64,000 nucleotides of DNA from Octopus bimaculoides (lineage: Eukaryota), in assembly GCF_001194135.2 (NCBI RefSeq), contig NC_068982.1, forward strand, positions 153,558,375 to 153,622,374. The letters run 5' to 3'. The translations under genes and the position numbers were made by a program. Positions 25,801 to 38,700 of the stretch are shown in pieces; position 1 is the stretch's first letter; each line of letters opens with the position of its first letter. The notes under the pieces are model-generated. The model was given only the letters and a program-made list of their open reading frames with translations, was not told the DNA's origin and did no database searches.

Positions 25801-26555
25801 TGTTTTATGTATGTATTCTCATGCATACAATTTCAAATCTAGACATGCTCGTATATATTTAAATAATAAACGTCGGGAAAGTTTTACGGATTTTTACAGT
25901 TCCAGCGATGGATTCGATCTGTAGTCTTCGAAATGGTTTTGAGAATTTCTCAAGATTGGTATGTTTGTATGTATGTATGTGTGTATGTATGTATGTATGT
26001 GTTTATGTATGTAGCGTTCTTATTTATATTTCGCATACGGAAAAACGTTTCCTGTTATTTTCTTAGGAGACAGGTATCAATAACATTTGATAGCTGATAT
26101 CAAATGCAAAAAAACATTTCCGGCCTGGATTGTATCTATATTTCTGTTTCAAACATAGAGATGTATAAGAATTAAAATTTTAGAGAAAAAAAAACAATTG
26201 TAAAGAACTATATTTAGATGTATTTCTGCAAAAATACCTGAATCACCACAAAAAGAAATTCATGTACCAAAATGGAATCCAACGGATCGTTTTACTTCAC
26301 CTGTCTAAGAAGGAGGATAAGTGAAGGAAAGTATAAAAAAAAAAATGAAATCATTATTAACGCCGCTATCTTCTCTAATGTTTCTTTTTAAATTTTATGT
26401 TAATAATAATTTATGTCCTCCGTGCAAAAATGAGATCTTACGTACGTGCACGTGTTTTGGAAGTTTAGTACTTAGCTATTTTGTTGCTTAGTTTGTTACA
26501 ATGAAGCATATCAGTAGACGGAACCTCCGGTTTCTAAGTTCCATTTCACAGTAGT

Positions 26556-26975
26556 ACAAGGTAGGGCAGAGAGGACGGACGTTTTTGAAAAATTCACAAA
26601 ATCATTAATTTTAGCTGCAAACACATTTTATTGACGTCAGTGTGTTTGTATTGAATTCGTATTTGTGAAAATCAAGTGTGGAAAACAACATCCATCATGT
26701 GGTTTACGTTTTCATTGATGCATTTCTGAAGGCGTTCTTGAAAGTTGGCTGTTCGTGGCGCCCCCACCGGTATCCTGTTCATTAGTGTACCTCGTGCATT
26801 CATCCGACATAAGATTGTGTTACAGGTGGGAACAGCCTGATTGTGGTGAATGCTGAAGTGGTGCCGAAACTCACGTTCAACTGTTGTGACAGACTTGGTA
26901 TGCTTCACATAACTGTCGTAGGCAACCATGCGATGCTCTATCGTCCTCAGCGCAATGGCTTCTCCTGAAAAGAAA
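26556..26975 (-). mobile_element. Internally deleted Tc1/mariner-family element
   Basis: ORF 26672-26929 joins an N-terminal HTH (SVTTVEREFRHHF..VPTCNTIL..RGTLMNRIPVGAPRTA) directly to a transposase C-terminus (NFQERLQKCINENVNHMMDVVFHT*). TIR-like tacaaggtagggc at ~26556. Confidence 0.72.
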
Positions 26976-27479
26976 AATAAATGCTAAGACAGCTCACTAT
27001 TATTTATCCCCACGCAGAATAAAAATTCAACAGAATCCCTCTCAGATGTTTAGTTTAAACTCAAATATTGATACTAGTTACACATTTCGTTGCGGTGTAA
27101 TTGATTCATTCGAATGATGTATAGTGCTGGCACTTATTTACTCCATTGCTGTAAAATTAAAGTTGAAGTTAACGCAGGTGCGATCTATAGTCAGAAAATA
27201 AACAGAATATAGCTAAATATGGCATGACATAGAATCCACAGCGCAGTCGTTTCTCTTAGATTCTTCATAATTATTTTCCAGTTCACCTTGAATATGCTTG
27301 AAGAAATGGTCCCAAGAATTTACAATCACACTGCTCGAGCAAGCGAGAAAGCTGCTTCGTGGTCATTCGTTAAAAATAACAACCAAATCTCTTTCAAATA
27401 TCTCCATAATGACTTAAAGGTAGGACACATTAGATAAGGTAGACCTAGTAGACTAGGTAAAACTAAGAGATGTGGTCAG

Positions 27480-27780
27480 AAACGTGAAGGGTTAGTTTAC
27501 AAATTTGCTTGATCAAGCTGTTTTCTGACTAAGCAACAACAAAACTTTCAACGCGTTGAGAATACAAAATGCCCAAACTGTTACACAACCGCCTATCTGA
27601 TTAAATATTAACCATGTCTTCAACTGGGCGAAAGCAGGATATATTTGCAGCAATCGATTTGGTGAATTGCACGATTTTCCTAATTATCTGATCGACTTCC
27701 TACATTCCATTACTCTTCCGAATCACGGCTGTTAGGATGTTACACAACATCAACAACAACAATAAAAACGAATAAACAAC
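27480..27780 (+). mobile_element. Possible LINE 3' end with (CAA)n tail
   Basis: KCPNC....NHVFN Cys/His motif followed by a CAA-rich tail; weak. Confidence 0.3.
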
Positions 27781-28319
27781 AGCAGCAAAAACATGACGAC
27801 TGTTTCTTAACAAATCAAATTATTGTAACTCTACAAAGGCTGGTTAAATTTACGCAGCCGTGATGAGAAGCGGTCGATGAAAAACACAGAGTATAAAGGT
27901 CCGAAGTCTGATAATAGAAGATAGGAAGGTGGAGGGGCTACACGTATGAGTATTGACAGTGCTTGTAGCTATTTTAAGTATTCAAAATAAAGCAGCAAAG
28001 TCATAACAATCTTGAACTAATGAACACGAATAAATACTGCTCACATAGATGATATATCAAGTACTTCTGGTGAGGCGTAGTATATGGTACAAAATGGTTG
28101 ATAACTGGTCAAACGTTTTTCGATCTATCTGTTTCTCTGTCCGTCTAGCTATCTAGTTTCTGTATGTTAGTGTGTGTGCCAGGTGAGTGTGGCTGTGAAT
28201 ACACACACATGTACATATATGAGTATACACCAAGTATATAAGTGTGTAAGCGAGTCTCTCATATATAGACAGATGAATTGATATATAGATGCATACATAT
28301 AAATATATATATATATATA

Positions 28320-29080
28320 GATATAGATTTCGGACTCTCTATCACCATAAATAGCGAATACCATACAATAAGCATTTTAGATGCTACTTTCGATTTGGAT
28401 TCTAGTCTGTACGAACTGTTTCATAAACTCAATGAGAGCCCAACATACGTAACTGTTAGATCTAATCGTCCACCATCAATAATCAGGGGACTAGTTATGA
28501 ACATCTTGGCCAGAATATCTAGATTATCCGCCAACGAGGATATATTCAACAAACGCGCACCCTATTATAACACAGCCCTAGCTACGGCCGGATACCGTGG
28601 GAAAATCGAATACGCCTCTAGTAGTAGTAATAATAATGATAAAAACTCGAATAGTTCAATGAGTAGTAGTAACCTTACCGAACACAACACTAATCACACG
28701 CATAAAGTTAATAACCTAGATAATAGTATCTCAAACCGTAAAAAAAGACTAAACAGACCTAGATACATAAAAACCAACTATGAGTTAGATAAAAGTAGAA
28801 ACAGACAACGCATTAAACACTTGACACCACAAAATCCCAACGCCACTCAAAATACCCGAACTAACAGACCTAACAGAAAATACAAAAACCATGATGTCCT
28901 CTGGTATAACCTAATCTGGGGATCGAACATCTCATCCAGTTCTTCACTGCACTCGATCGTTGGTTCCCTAAAAATGGAGCGTACAGCAAAATATTAAAAC
29001 ATCACACTGTAAAACTGGCCTATGTTAACTCATCAAATATAGAGCACCACATTCATAGGATTAATAATCCTATGAATTGG
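28320..29080 (+). mobile_element. Penelope-like element, RT C-terminal/thumb and linker remnant
   Basis: GLSITI..ISILDATFDLDSSLYELFHKLNESPTYVTVRSNRPPSII..RISRLSANEDIFNKRAPYYNTALATAGY, then VLWYN and HTVKLAY. This is the typical PLE FLD.T..L...Y..Y.KPN..P.Y....SNHPP.I pattern. Confidence 0.85.
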
Positions 29081-29800
29081 TGCAATATTAGCCATCATTT
29101 CTGCGCCTTGTATTTATAGATTATGCTGAGTGTCAAAGAAGAAATATGTTGTTTCCAGTACGAACCATAATCCATCAAGTATAAATTCTTTTCGGACTTT
29201 CTCTTTAATTCTTTATGGCTATTTGTCTATCCCGAATTTTATTGCTTTTAATTCTAATACATTGAGGAAATATGAATAGAGTATTAAAAATCTAATCCAA
29301 AAAGGCCAACAGTACACATCTGTAATGAGACCACATTGTTGTACGACAGGGACAAATAGGAGCACATTTTTTTACGAGAGGGAGAAATATTGAAATATTA
29401 ACGTTGAGTTACATTTCTGGCGCTAAACGATGTTTTGTTGTTGACAAGGTAAAGATAGGGTTGTAACACACACAACACATGTGTGTGCGCGTGTGCGCGC
29501 GCGTGTGTAGCATTCAGGAATCAATACAAATTCACTGTGGAAATTTATGCTAATTATTAAATAATTCTAATTAGTGAAAACAATGAGACTGTTTCAACCG
29601 ATTGCACCAGCAAAGACATAGACACGGACCAATATTTAGATTTTAGATCTTGCTATGTATATCCTTCTCTATATATGCATGCATATATATTTTTCCTAGC
29701 ATATCAACACTTCAAAAATATAAAGCCAATAATATGGTTTATTGTTTCAGAAAATATACGACTCACACTTATTCTCCGTGACCCAGATTACACTTCCAAT

Positions 29801-30605
29801 ATGCCTAAAACTAGAAATTTTCCAAAATTGAACAAAGGAAGATGTTTGCAGTGAAAGTGCAAGGAATGAGTAACCGGAAGATTGCCGGAAAGATTCGGTG
29901 AAGCAAAATGCAAGTGGACAGTTTTCTAAAAGATCCTGACGTCTACAACAGGGTTCATGCTGGTGGACGTACCAAGGCTACATCAGAAATGGATGAAAGA
30001 GCCATCGTCAGAGCTGGGAAGTCACGTTGCACTTCTGTTTCCAAAATCAAGGCATCAGCAGGAGTATCAGCCTCGTAATCCACTGTAAAAAGAGGAATTT
30101 TGAACAATAGTTTCCACCTGAAGAAGTAGCTAGGACGTCCTTTATTGTCCGCTTCCCACAAAGCTATTAGATTGATATTTGCTCGGCAGCATCAGACGTG
30201 GGATGGTGAATGGACCAGGGTTCTGTTCTCTGATGAGAGGAAATGGAAGTTGGATGGTCCCCGACAGTTATAAGTATTACTGGGCAGATAACAGTATACA
30301 AAATTCTATTTATTCCAAGTCGCAGAACAGCGGAGGAGATCTTATGGTGTGGGGAGCAATATCTGCCAATGGGAAGCTACCACTTGTCATCATGGGTAGC
30401 AGTTTCAATGCTGCATGATACATCAATATGATGGACGGGGATCACATTGACGAAGAATGAAGAAGGCTCCATGGCGAGAACTTCATATTTCATCAGAAAT
30501 ATGCTCCTATTCATAAAACAAAGCAACTTCGGATTTCTTCCATGCAATTGAGGTTGAAGTCATGCCATAACCAACAAATGCGTCCTACCTGACAATATGA
30601 ATCTG
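29801..30605 (+). mobile_element. Tc3-like (Tc1 family) transposase pseudogene
   Basis: Peptides: MPKTRN..GMSNRKIAGKIR*SKMQVDSFLKDPDVY..GGRTKATSEMDERAIVRA; [24 protein letters not shown]; GGDLMVWGAIS; FIFHQKYAPIH. Stops and frameshifts. Confidence 0.9.
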
Positions 30606-32004
30606 CTTTCAGTTACACTGTGTGGAAAATTTGGCAGATGCAAATCCTCTTGATACTTTGTGTTCATTTTCCCATTTTGTATGTCAAACACTTTTCCTTG
30701 ATACGTTATATCCAGTAGCCATGGTCGAATTAGCGTGGGTAGAATTTACTTTTTTGGAATTATAAATTTCTCTTAAAAAGCGTCAAGTTATCTTAAACTT
30801 ATGACGTTTATACCTGGAAATATTTTCTTGTAGAGATGATAATTCTTTTGACATAATTCCAGAAATCGAAGGAAGCCAAGTATTCTTGTAATAGAATCAA
30901 TGAGTTGTCTGCGCTTCCTGAATTTGTGTATTTAACATACACGCTTATTCAAAAACAATTGGCCAAGTAAGTCACAGAAACATAGCCATAAACTACAAAC
31001 CGGGTATTCATTTCAGGATTTTGTTTTAAAACTTAGCTATAAATATAAAAAAGATTCATGAATTTGTTCAAAATATGACTCTTTTACAGCCGCCTAAACC
31101 AGCGGGAAGCAATGATATCACATGGTTTGCATACATAACAGTGAAAAACTTTTAAACTAGTCGCTCAAATTTAGTATTAGCATTGCTAGTGGTGATGCAT
31201 ATTCTTAGATTTTCAGATTCCACTTAGAATGAGTGAAATATTTACCGGTGACTAAAATTTATTTTTCCGTGAATCAAACAGTGCACGTGACAAATTTCTA
31301 GTTTGTAATTCTTTATGAATTTTAATCGGTGATTAGCAGTGGTAGCCTTTTCAGCACGACATTATTATCCTACAAACTCATTTTAAATTTAGTGTTACTT
31401 TCTCGTGTGGTGCTTTGAAAAAAAATTCTCAAAAAAATTTCCATGATTAAAATAACTCGCAAATAACGAAGAATGATTATCTTTTAGGGTATCCTGTATT
31501 TCTTAGAATTTAACTTTGCAGTAAATTGTGCTTTTACGTTTCTGCTCACATCACCTCTTTTGTTGCAAAAAGTGTTGTTACCTAATAACATATATTTCAC
31601 CTATTTTTCACCTATATCCAGAATAGTTTTGAGGAATGTTCATATCGGTGGCTTGATTAAATACTCACCAATAGAATGATGCTTTCCAGTTATCTTTGTA
31701 AGGAGAGACATTTCATAAGTTGCCTCAGGAGTACGATTATCAGTTACATTTGATTCTTGATTTATTTCCGAACTTCTCTTTTAATGTTTAAAATTGTCAT
31801 AATTTAGAATTTACCTGAGCAGTATCTTTCGTCTTGAAATGTGCCCTGGATAAGATATATTTCATAGATTCGGTTGAAAGATATTGAAAATAGTATACAC
31901 AAAAAGGTTTTACATGTACACCTGCTATAAATCCAAATTTTAAAGGCTCGCTTGTTTTAGTTTTGATGATATTTTCTTTAGCGTGTACAAATCGTTTTAA
32001 TCAT

Positions 32005-32170
32005 AGGGGGAGAATTCACAAAAAACAAAAGACGAAGACACGTGATGTAGACAACATGTATTAGTATAACGCTCGGGAAGTGAAAACGTCTTTAACGTTT
32101 CGAGCCTACGCTCTTCCACAGAAATGAACACAGAAAGAAACAAGGAGAGAAAATAATGTGTAGTGGCTAG
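32005..32170 (-). repeat. Hammerhead-bearing repeat, copy C
   Basis: Minus 32124-32089: UUU-CUGUGGA-A-GAGC(GUAG)GCUC-GAAAC-GUU^AAAGA. Confidence 0.82.
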
Positions 32171-32192
32171 AAATCTATCATGGTGAATATAT

Positions 32193-32242
<50 letters not shown>

Positions 32243-32274
32243 TGTGTGTGTGTGTGTGTTTGTGTCTGTGTATG

Positions 32275-32465
32275 TCCCTCTAACATCTCTTGATAATCGA
32301 CTTTGGTGTGTTTACGTCCCAGTTAACTAGCGGTTCGGCAAAAGTAACCGATAGAATAAGTATCAGGTTCACAAAGAATAAGTCTGTGGGGTGGCGATTT
32401 CTTCGATAAAAGGCTGTGTTCCAGCATGGCCGAATTAAAATGACTGGAACAAATAAAAGAATATA
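32275..32465 (+). mobile_element. SINE 3' half
   Basis: ggtgtgtttacgtccc..tagcggttcggcaaaag..gatagaataagta..ccagcatggcc..atgactggaacaaataaaaga; recalled as an abundant cephalopod SINE body. Confidence 0.6.
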
Positions 32466-32476
32466 TACATATACAT

Positions 32477-32654
32477 AGTTGAAATTTATAGGAAAGCAAA
32501 AGACTAAGACAGGTGTATGAACAGTAAGTAGGTGTATTAGTTTGACGCTTGGGGACGTGAAAAAGTGTTTTACGTTTCCAGCCTACGCTCCTGAACAGAA
32601 AAAAAATACGAGAAAATAAACAGAGAATAAGAAAATTATGGATTTAGCGGTCAA
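32477..32654 (-). repeat. Hammerhead-bearing repeat, copy D (degenerate core)
   Basis: Minus 32601-32568: UUUU-CUGUUCA-G-GAGC(GUAG)GCUG-GAAAC-GUA^AAAC; flank shared with B and E. Confidence 0.78.
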
Positions 32655-35284
32655 GCATACACACACACTTTGACTAAAGGCATCCCAGCAAGCTCAATCT
32701 GATAATACTAAGACTACTACTGCCGGAAGAGTAGCTGAGAAGAAAGAAATTTGGGCATGTGCTAAGCATATCCGAATCAGCGACAATAAATATCATCTCA
32801 CACGCGAGCAGCATAGAAAGAACTTCAGGAGAACAGTACCGAATTGCTGTTTATGATTGTAGTGATAAAGAAGATAAAAATGAATCGAAGTTATTATGAA
32901 AGAGGAAGTTGTAGTTAAGGACGAGTTATTTAATTTGACAAGTCACTTGAAATTTAAGATAACGTTTATTAACAGAAGAAATGTTGTAATTAATCCTGTA
33001 CAATTATAATACTGCCAATACTAGAATAATTCAAATAATTTCTTGCGCGGGCAAAAACACTCCTATCGCAGGAAGATATCAAATTTTGTTTTTCAATTCG
33101 AGTAATTAACAGGTGTTAGCATCACATCTTGATTGCCAGCATAGTTGTATTTGGTTAAAAAATGAAACAGTACGACAGGTACTTTTTTCTTGCAAAAAGC
33201 TTCACGGAAAACATGAATTTTGATTGCATATTAAAAAGAAAAGACCTTCATGGAGTTCTTGAAATGTGTTTTCAAAACAAGGTTCTCCATCCATTTATTA
33301 TTTCAGACGCAATGATAAGATTTGGTTTCAACGAACAAGCCATATAATCTGAATAAGATATCGACTAATTGTATGCAATTAAAGAGATATGTTCTCATTT
33401 ATAGAAGAAGTGCTGTCTCTGAAAACACTTTGAAGACAGAACTAACATTTGCATTGGATTAGGTTACACCTTTGGTAATTTTATTTTGTCGAAAACCCCT
33501 CATACATAGCTTTTAAAGCGGTTTTGCAAACGATTTGGTTTCTAATAGTAACTGTTTGAATTCTTTAGAAAGACATTTGGGGAATAGGTCAACCGGTTTT
33601 TAGAGATAGAAAAAGGAAAATATCATAAGTATTCTTCAGTACCATGTATAGTATTTGGTTATGAGTATTTCAACTATGAGGGAAACAGAATGGCACGTCA
33701 AAATACTTTAAAAATTGAATACTAGTACATAAGATGACTGGGTTTTTTATTTTTGATTGGGGGGGGGGTAGTAAATGAAGAACATGAATTATTACTTTCT
33801 GTGACTGTTGTTTGAAGGTGCAGCAGGAGCAAATATTCCTAAATGCGCTTAGCTTTAGAAAATCAACGAGTTTTCTGAGAATCTTCATCGGGTCGTTATA
33901 ATCTTCATGAAGATTTCTATACATCATTACCGGGATATTAGGATTCTAAGACTTACAAATAGCAAACAAAAGAAAGACACAAGAATTCGATCAGACAACG
34001 TAATTCTCCATACCGTCTTTCAACTTTCAAGAGATAGCAATACACTTTTTCTTAATTACAGTTAGATAGAAAAAAAAAGAACACTGTACCTTTAGATACA
34101 CGCACCGTCACAAAACGAAAATGCCTCATATTATGCATGTCTGGACTGCCACCGGCTTTGGCTACAAGACTGCATTAAATACATCTTAATATGCAGTAAA
34201 TTCTACAGGTTTCAACTTCAACTTTGAAAACGGCTAAATACAACGTCAGCATTTCTTTCACTTTAATCAAAAGCGTTGTCATTGTTCTGTTTCACAATGT
34301 ATTTATAGTAGCTCTGTAGCTAAACAACACTGTAATTGTAATATTAATGAAATATAACTCAAACATCGTGTCATTTGATTTCGAAACGTGACATCATTCG
34401 AAAGCACAAGATTTCTCTTACCCTCCAACAATTAAGTGGGAATGTCAGATATTATCAATAAACATAAATAATCACATCAAAAAGTTAAAAATTATCTCCA
34501 ACAACCGCTGTAGAAAACTATGTTTGCAGGAAATAAAACTGAGTGAAGCAGTTTCAATACATTATAAATACTTATTTCATTTATCTAGCAGTTTATTTAG
34601 GATGAAATATTTTATTAATGATCAGCTTAAGAATCCCTACTTTTAATACTATAAAACGTTTAACAGCTTATTGTTACTTGTACGTTTACAAAAAGCTAAA
34701 AAAAAAGTGATAAATCTATTGAGCAAAGTATATGTAAATAGCATTTATGAATTTAATAATCATTTACGTTCTACCCAGAAACAAGTTTTCGTAAGTATAC
34801 TATACCAACCAAAGTATAGAGCTGATTTCAATTATGTGAATAATTAAGCGACTCTGATCAAAAAACAAAATTAGAACAATGAAGTATTCATTTTGATATC
34901 TCAAAGTTTCTAGTCTGCTTGTGAAAAGTCTTACTAATTTGTTATCTTGTCAATGAGTTTTCCAAACTTTTATTTCCGATACCTTCAAAGCTGTTGGCAT
35001 CTAATTCCAAATCTACAAATATTAAAGCGGAGCAAATGTTTGTTCAGGCTCACTTTTTAACATATCAAAGCAAATATTCCTGAGCAAAGGTATTTAGGTG
35101 TAAGTTATTAACAGTTGTCTCTTATCTTTCAGTGTTAATCATATCTAAGGAATATATTTGGCTTCCCAGATTATCTCTGTTCATGTATTATGTATAGCCT
35201 TCGATAAACTTCATGTGTATAGTTCTCTAAGTAAACTTGAATTAAGAAACAATATTTCAGTTTCAGATTTTCGGTTCTAAAGAC

Positions 35285-35715
35285 CATGGATATTGATTTT
35301 AAATGTTGGTACAAGGCCATCAATATCAGGAGATGGCTAAGTCAATTACATCGACTGCAGTGCTAAACTGGTACTTAATCTGTCGACCCCAAAAGAAAGG
35401 CAAAGTAGACTTCGGCGGAATTTGAACTCAGAACTTAAAGACGGAAAAAGCGTCGCCAAGCAAACTAAGAGCGGGTAGCCTTAAAACCCACTAACATCGG
35501 TTTCAAATTTTGGCACAAGACCAGCATTTTCTGGGGTGGGGTCTCGGCAATCACATCCAAACCAGTGTTGAACTGATAATTATTTTATCGACCCTAAAAA
35601 GATGAAAGGCAGAGGCAACTTCGCTGACATTTGAACTCAGAATGTAAAATCGGAAGAAAATGACGCAAACATTTTGTTCAGCGAGCTCACGTTTCTGCTA
35701 TTTCGCTGCCCTAGA
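35285..35715 (-). mobile_element. Two tandem copies of a tRNA-derived SINE
   Basis: Both carry the reverse complement of gttctgagttcaaat-ccgccga-gtc-actttgcctttc and gccttgt-cca, homologous to 46365-46566 and 51730-51912. Confidence 0.8.
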
Positions 35716-38700
35716 AAGCCCACTAATAGTTATATATATTTCATGCTAAAACAGAATGCGTAATAATAAATAGATTCATAACGTACAGTTTCATATTGAT
35801 TTATCGTATCTGAAGGTCAACAGCAAATAATTTAAAACCCAGTTTCCCATAGTTTTCTAGTACATCGTCTTAGTGGGAGGAAATGAAAGAAAAGTGCTGT
35901 TAGCCATGATAGATTTTTCTGTTTGCTTTTTCTTGAATCAGATAAATATTTGCACCCAATGGTATAATTTTTGTTAGACTTTGCATTTCACAAAGTTTTC
36001 GATGAGAGATCCATACTTTCTCCTTTCTTTTTATGATCTTTCTATTCGTGTAGCCAATCCAAAGTTCGCAGCGTTGAACAACTTTTTATCAACAGGGAAT
36101 TCCAATGCATATCAAAAAGACAAAAACAAACAGGAAAGTATTTGATTTGTGTTCGCAGTACAACTGTACATTGTAGCTTCATGTGGACGTTTATTTCAAT
36201 TGAACGTTTGCTATAGTGAAGATTCTGTAGAATCCTCGCTGCCTTTGCTGAAGTTAGTAGTAAGTAAGCTTTTATTACTTCTAGATATATATTGTGTCTC
36301 TTCTCAAGCAACTAAGTGAAATGATACCTAAATGCTTGAGGTATTCTCTGACATTCAAATAACGCCGGAGTATTTTATATAGCCTTTAAGATATTTCGCA
36401 TCTAGGGCCGAAATGTTTTACTGGCATTATAGCTCCTCTAAAATATCATTATGCACAAGCCCAATCTTGTTGCAATAGACTAGAATTAGATAATTATCTG
36501 TTTCACATCATCGGTATTATTTTACAAATCGAAATATAACTACATTTTACTATCAAGTCAGCGAAGACATTACAATACATTTCGGTAAATTTTAAAACAG
36601 AGCAAATCCAGACCGCTTTTGGTAGAGGATGCGGAGAAAATTTTAACAAATCAGTCAGAGAGGGAGCTGGGACGCCTACGAAAGCGTAAAGATAAAGATG
36701 GTCGTGCTTTATACCAAGTAATGTAATCACTAGAGTCTAATCTTTGGGGATAATTTTTGTAATGGAACATTTGGACACCTTGGACCTTGTTGGGATTACA
36801 GAATAATCGAGGCTCCAACACAGCCGGATGATTTAGAAATTCCGAAGTTAGGTAGGTGTTTGATAAATTCATTCGATATTTGCTTCCTTATTCGAAGTCA
36901 TTTTTCGTCAGCAATACAATATTTTGCTGTGAGTGTCCTACAAAATACAAAAACAAAATATTTATGAATCCTACAAAATTATAAGAAACTCTATAATGTA
37001 CAAATTACTCCATGAATTATCGAGGACATTTGTTATATCGAAAGTGATTATATCGTGAATGAAATGAAAGACATTGTATAGAATTAGATATTTTGGTTGG
37101 ATTAAAAAAACATATTTCTATATAAATTTTGTGAAGGAGCTAGTAGGGAATACGTATACGGTTGCAGAAGTTATTTACTTTTTCACTTTCGTTGTCATGT
37201 TTCAAAAACTATAATTATAAATGTTGTTCTCATTCGTGTTGAAGTTGAATTTATTTTTATATCCATGGAACTTTGATAAATATTTTCACTAAATAAACCA
37301 AAGTATTACAGAAAATCTGTGATAATGGAGAAATACGAAACTACTACTTAAAAATATTTTTATAAATTCATGCACTAGTTATTAGCGAACTATATAATCG
37401 GAAGGTTTTCTTTCTTCAAATTTCCATTGCGTTTTGATATTTCTTTTCTTTCTTTCTTTTTGTTTTTTTGCTTGTTTTAGAAATACATTGTCAGTGAAAC
37501 ATCAGAGATTTTGAAGAAATGTTTTACCATTATTCTAAAGTGAAAATATTTAAAACATAGCTTTGTTTTCATGAGCAATTTCAATTTGTTCCCTTTGGCT
37601 TTCATTAATATCTACTGTTGTGCGCAGTAAAAAAATATTGTGTGCACATGTCATTGTCAGTTAAGTACACAGTTAGTGCTGTAATTGACGCTGTTGTTAC
37701 CCGAAGAGCAACCCTCATCAAGAAAACCTATGTTTAAAGGCATACCAGCTGCAATTATCCTCTCTTTTTAGGAGCAACTAAAACAACAATACTAAATGGC
37801 ATTTGTATTAAATCGATTTAGATCCACTTAATTTTACAAACATGAAAAACGTGTCAAACGAATGCATTTATTTTACACATCAAAGTATTTTTCTACCTAT
37901 ATACAGGATCAAGATATATGAAAGCAATTGGAGTAACAAGATGATGCATACCGTTTCTCTATTCATACTAGTGCAGACGGATAAAGAATATGCAATATTT
38001 TGATTTTTTAAAGTAAAGGAAATTTAGGAAGAATAGTTCACGTTATTTGGTCAATAATTGAAGAAATGGGAGCAGTATTAATATATCTGTATATGGACAA
38101 ATATAAGTAGAGAGAGAAAATAGAGAGAGATTTAGTGAAAAAGCCTACCTTTCAGTGAACGTAAGCTTGGGGATTCAGTCCTTGGACGCAGCGACGCTGT
38201 GTTGCTTCCGAAAATGAAACAATTTTATGTTGCTCCAGTAAAATGAGTACTAACGGGATGCTGGTGCAATCCTCTCTCCTCTAGCGGTGATGTCTTAGAC
38301 GTTACGCAGAAGCAGACAAAGTGTCTATGTCTGCTCACGACTACACACGCTTTTATTACAATAAACGAAAGTAGGATACATGTTTCTTATGCAGTGGAAT
38401 ATGCTTTGGTCTCTCGCGCTCAGTTGTTGTAGTATGGACGTTGATCCTAACTACGCATTCAGATGAATCGTCATCATGTGAGCTATTTAACATATAGCGG
38501 GGAGCACTTGCAGGTGCTTCTACTTCGGGTAAGAAGAGACTCATTGAGCTGTATACGCCATAATAGCGATGATCATAATAAGTAAAAGAAAGAGGTTAAG
38601 GTTGAAAGACGTGTACATTTTGCTAAAACCTGAAGAGCAAAATATCAAACGGCACAAACCAGAATCTTCTTACCATCACCACTGAGTATATTCTTCACTT

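Noticed and set aside
36130-36220. GPCR TM3-like peptide FMWTFISIERLL (and TM5-like FFMTGYSVPG at ~54780, minus strand)
   Set aside because: Short, on different strands, stop-bounded, with no coherent 7TM order.
38541-38618. Minus-strand 25-aa ORF MYTSFNLNLFLLLIMIIAIMAYTAQ resembling a signal peptide
   Set aside because: Stops immediately; hydrophobic peptides arise easily from T-rich DNA.
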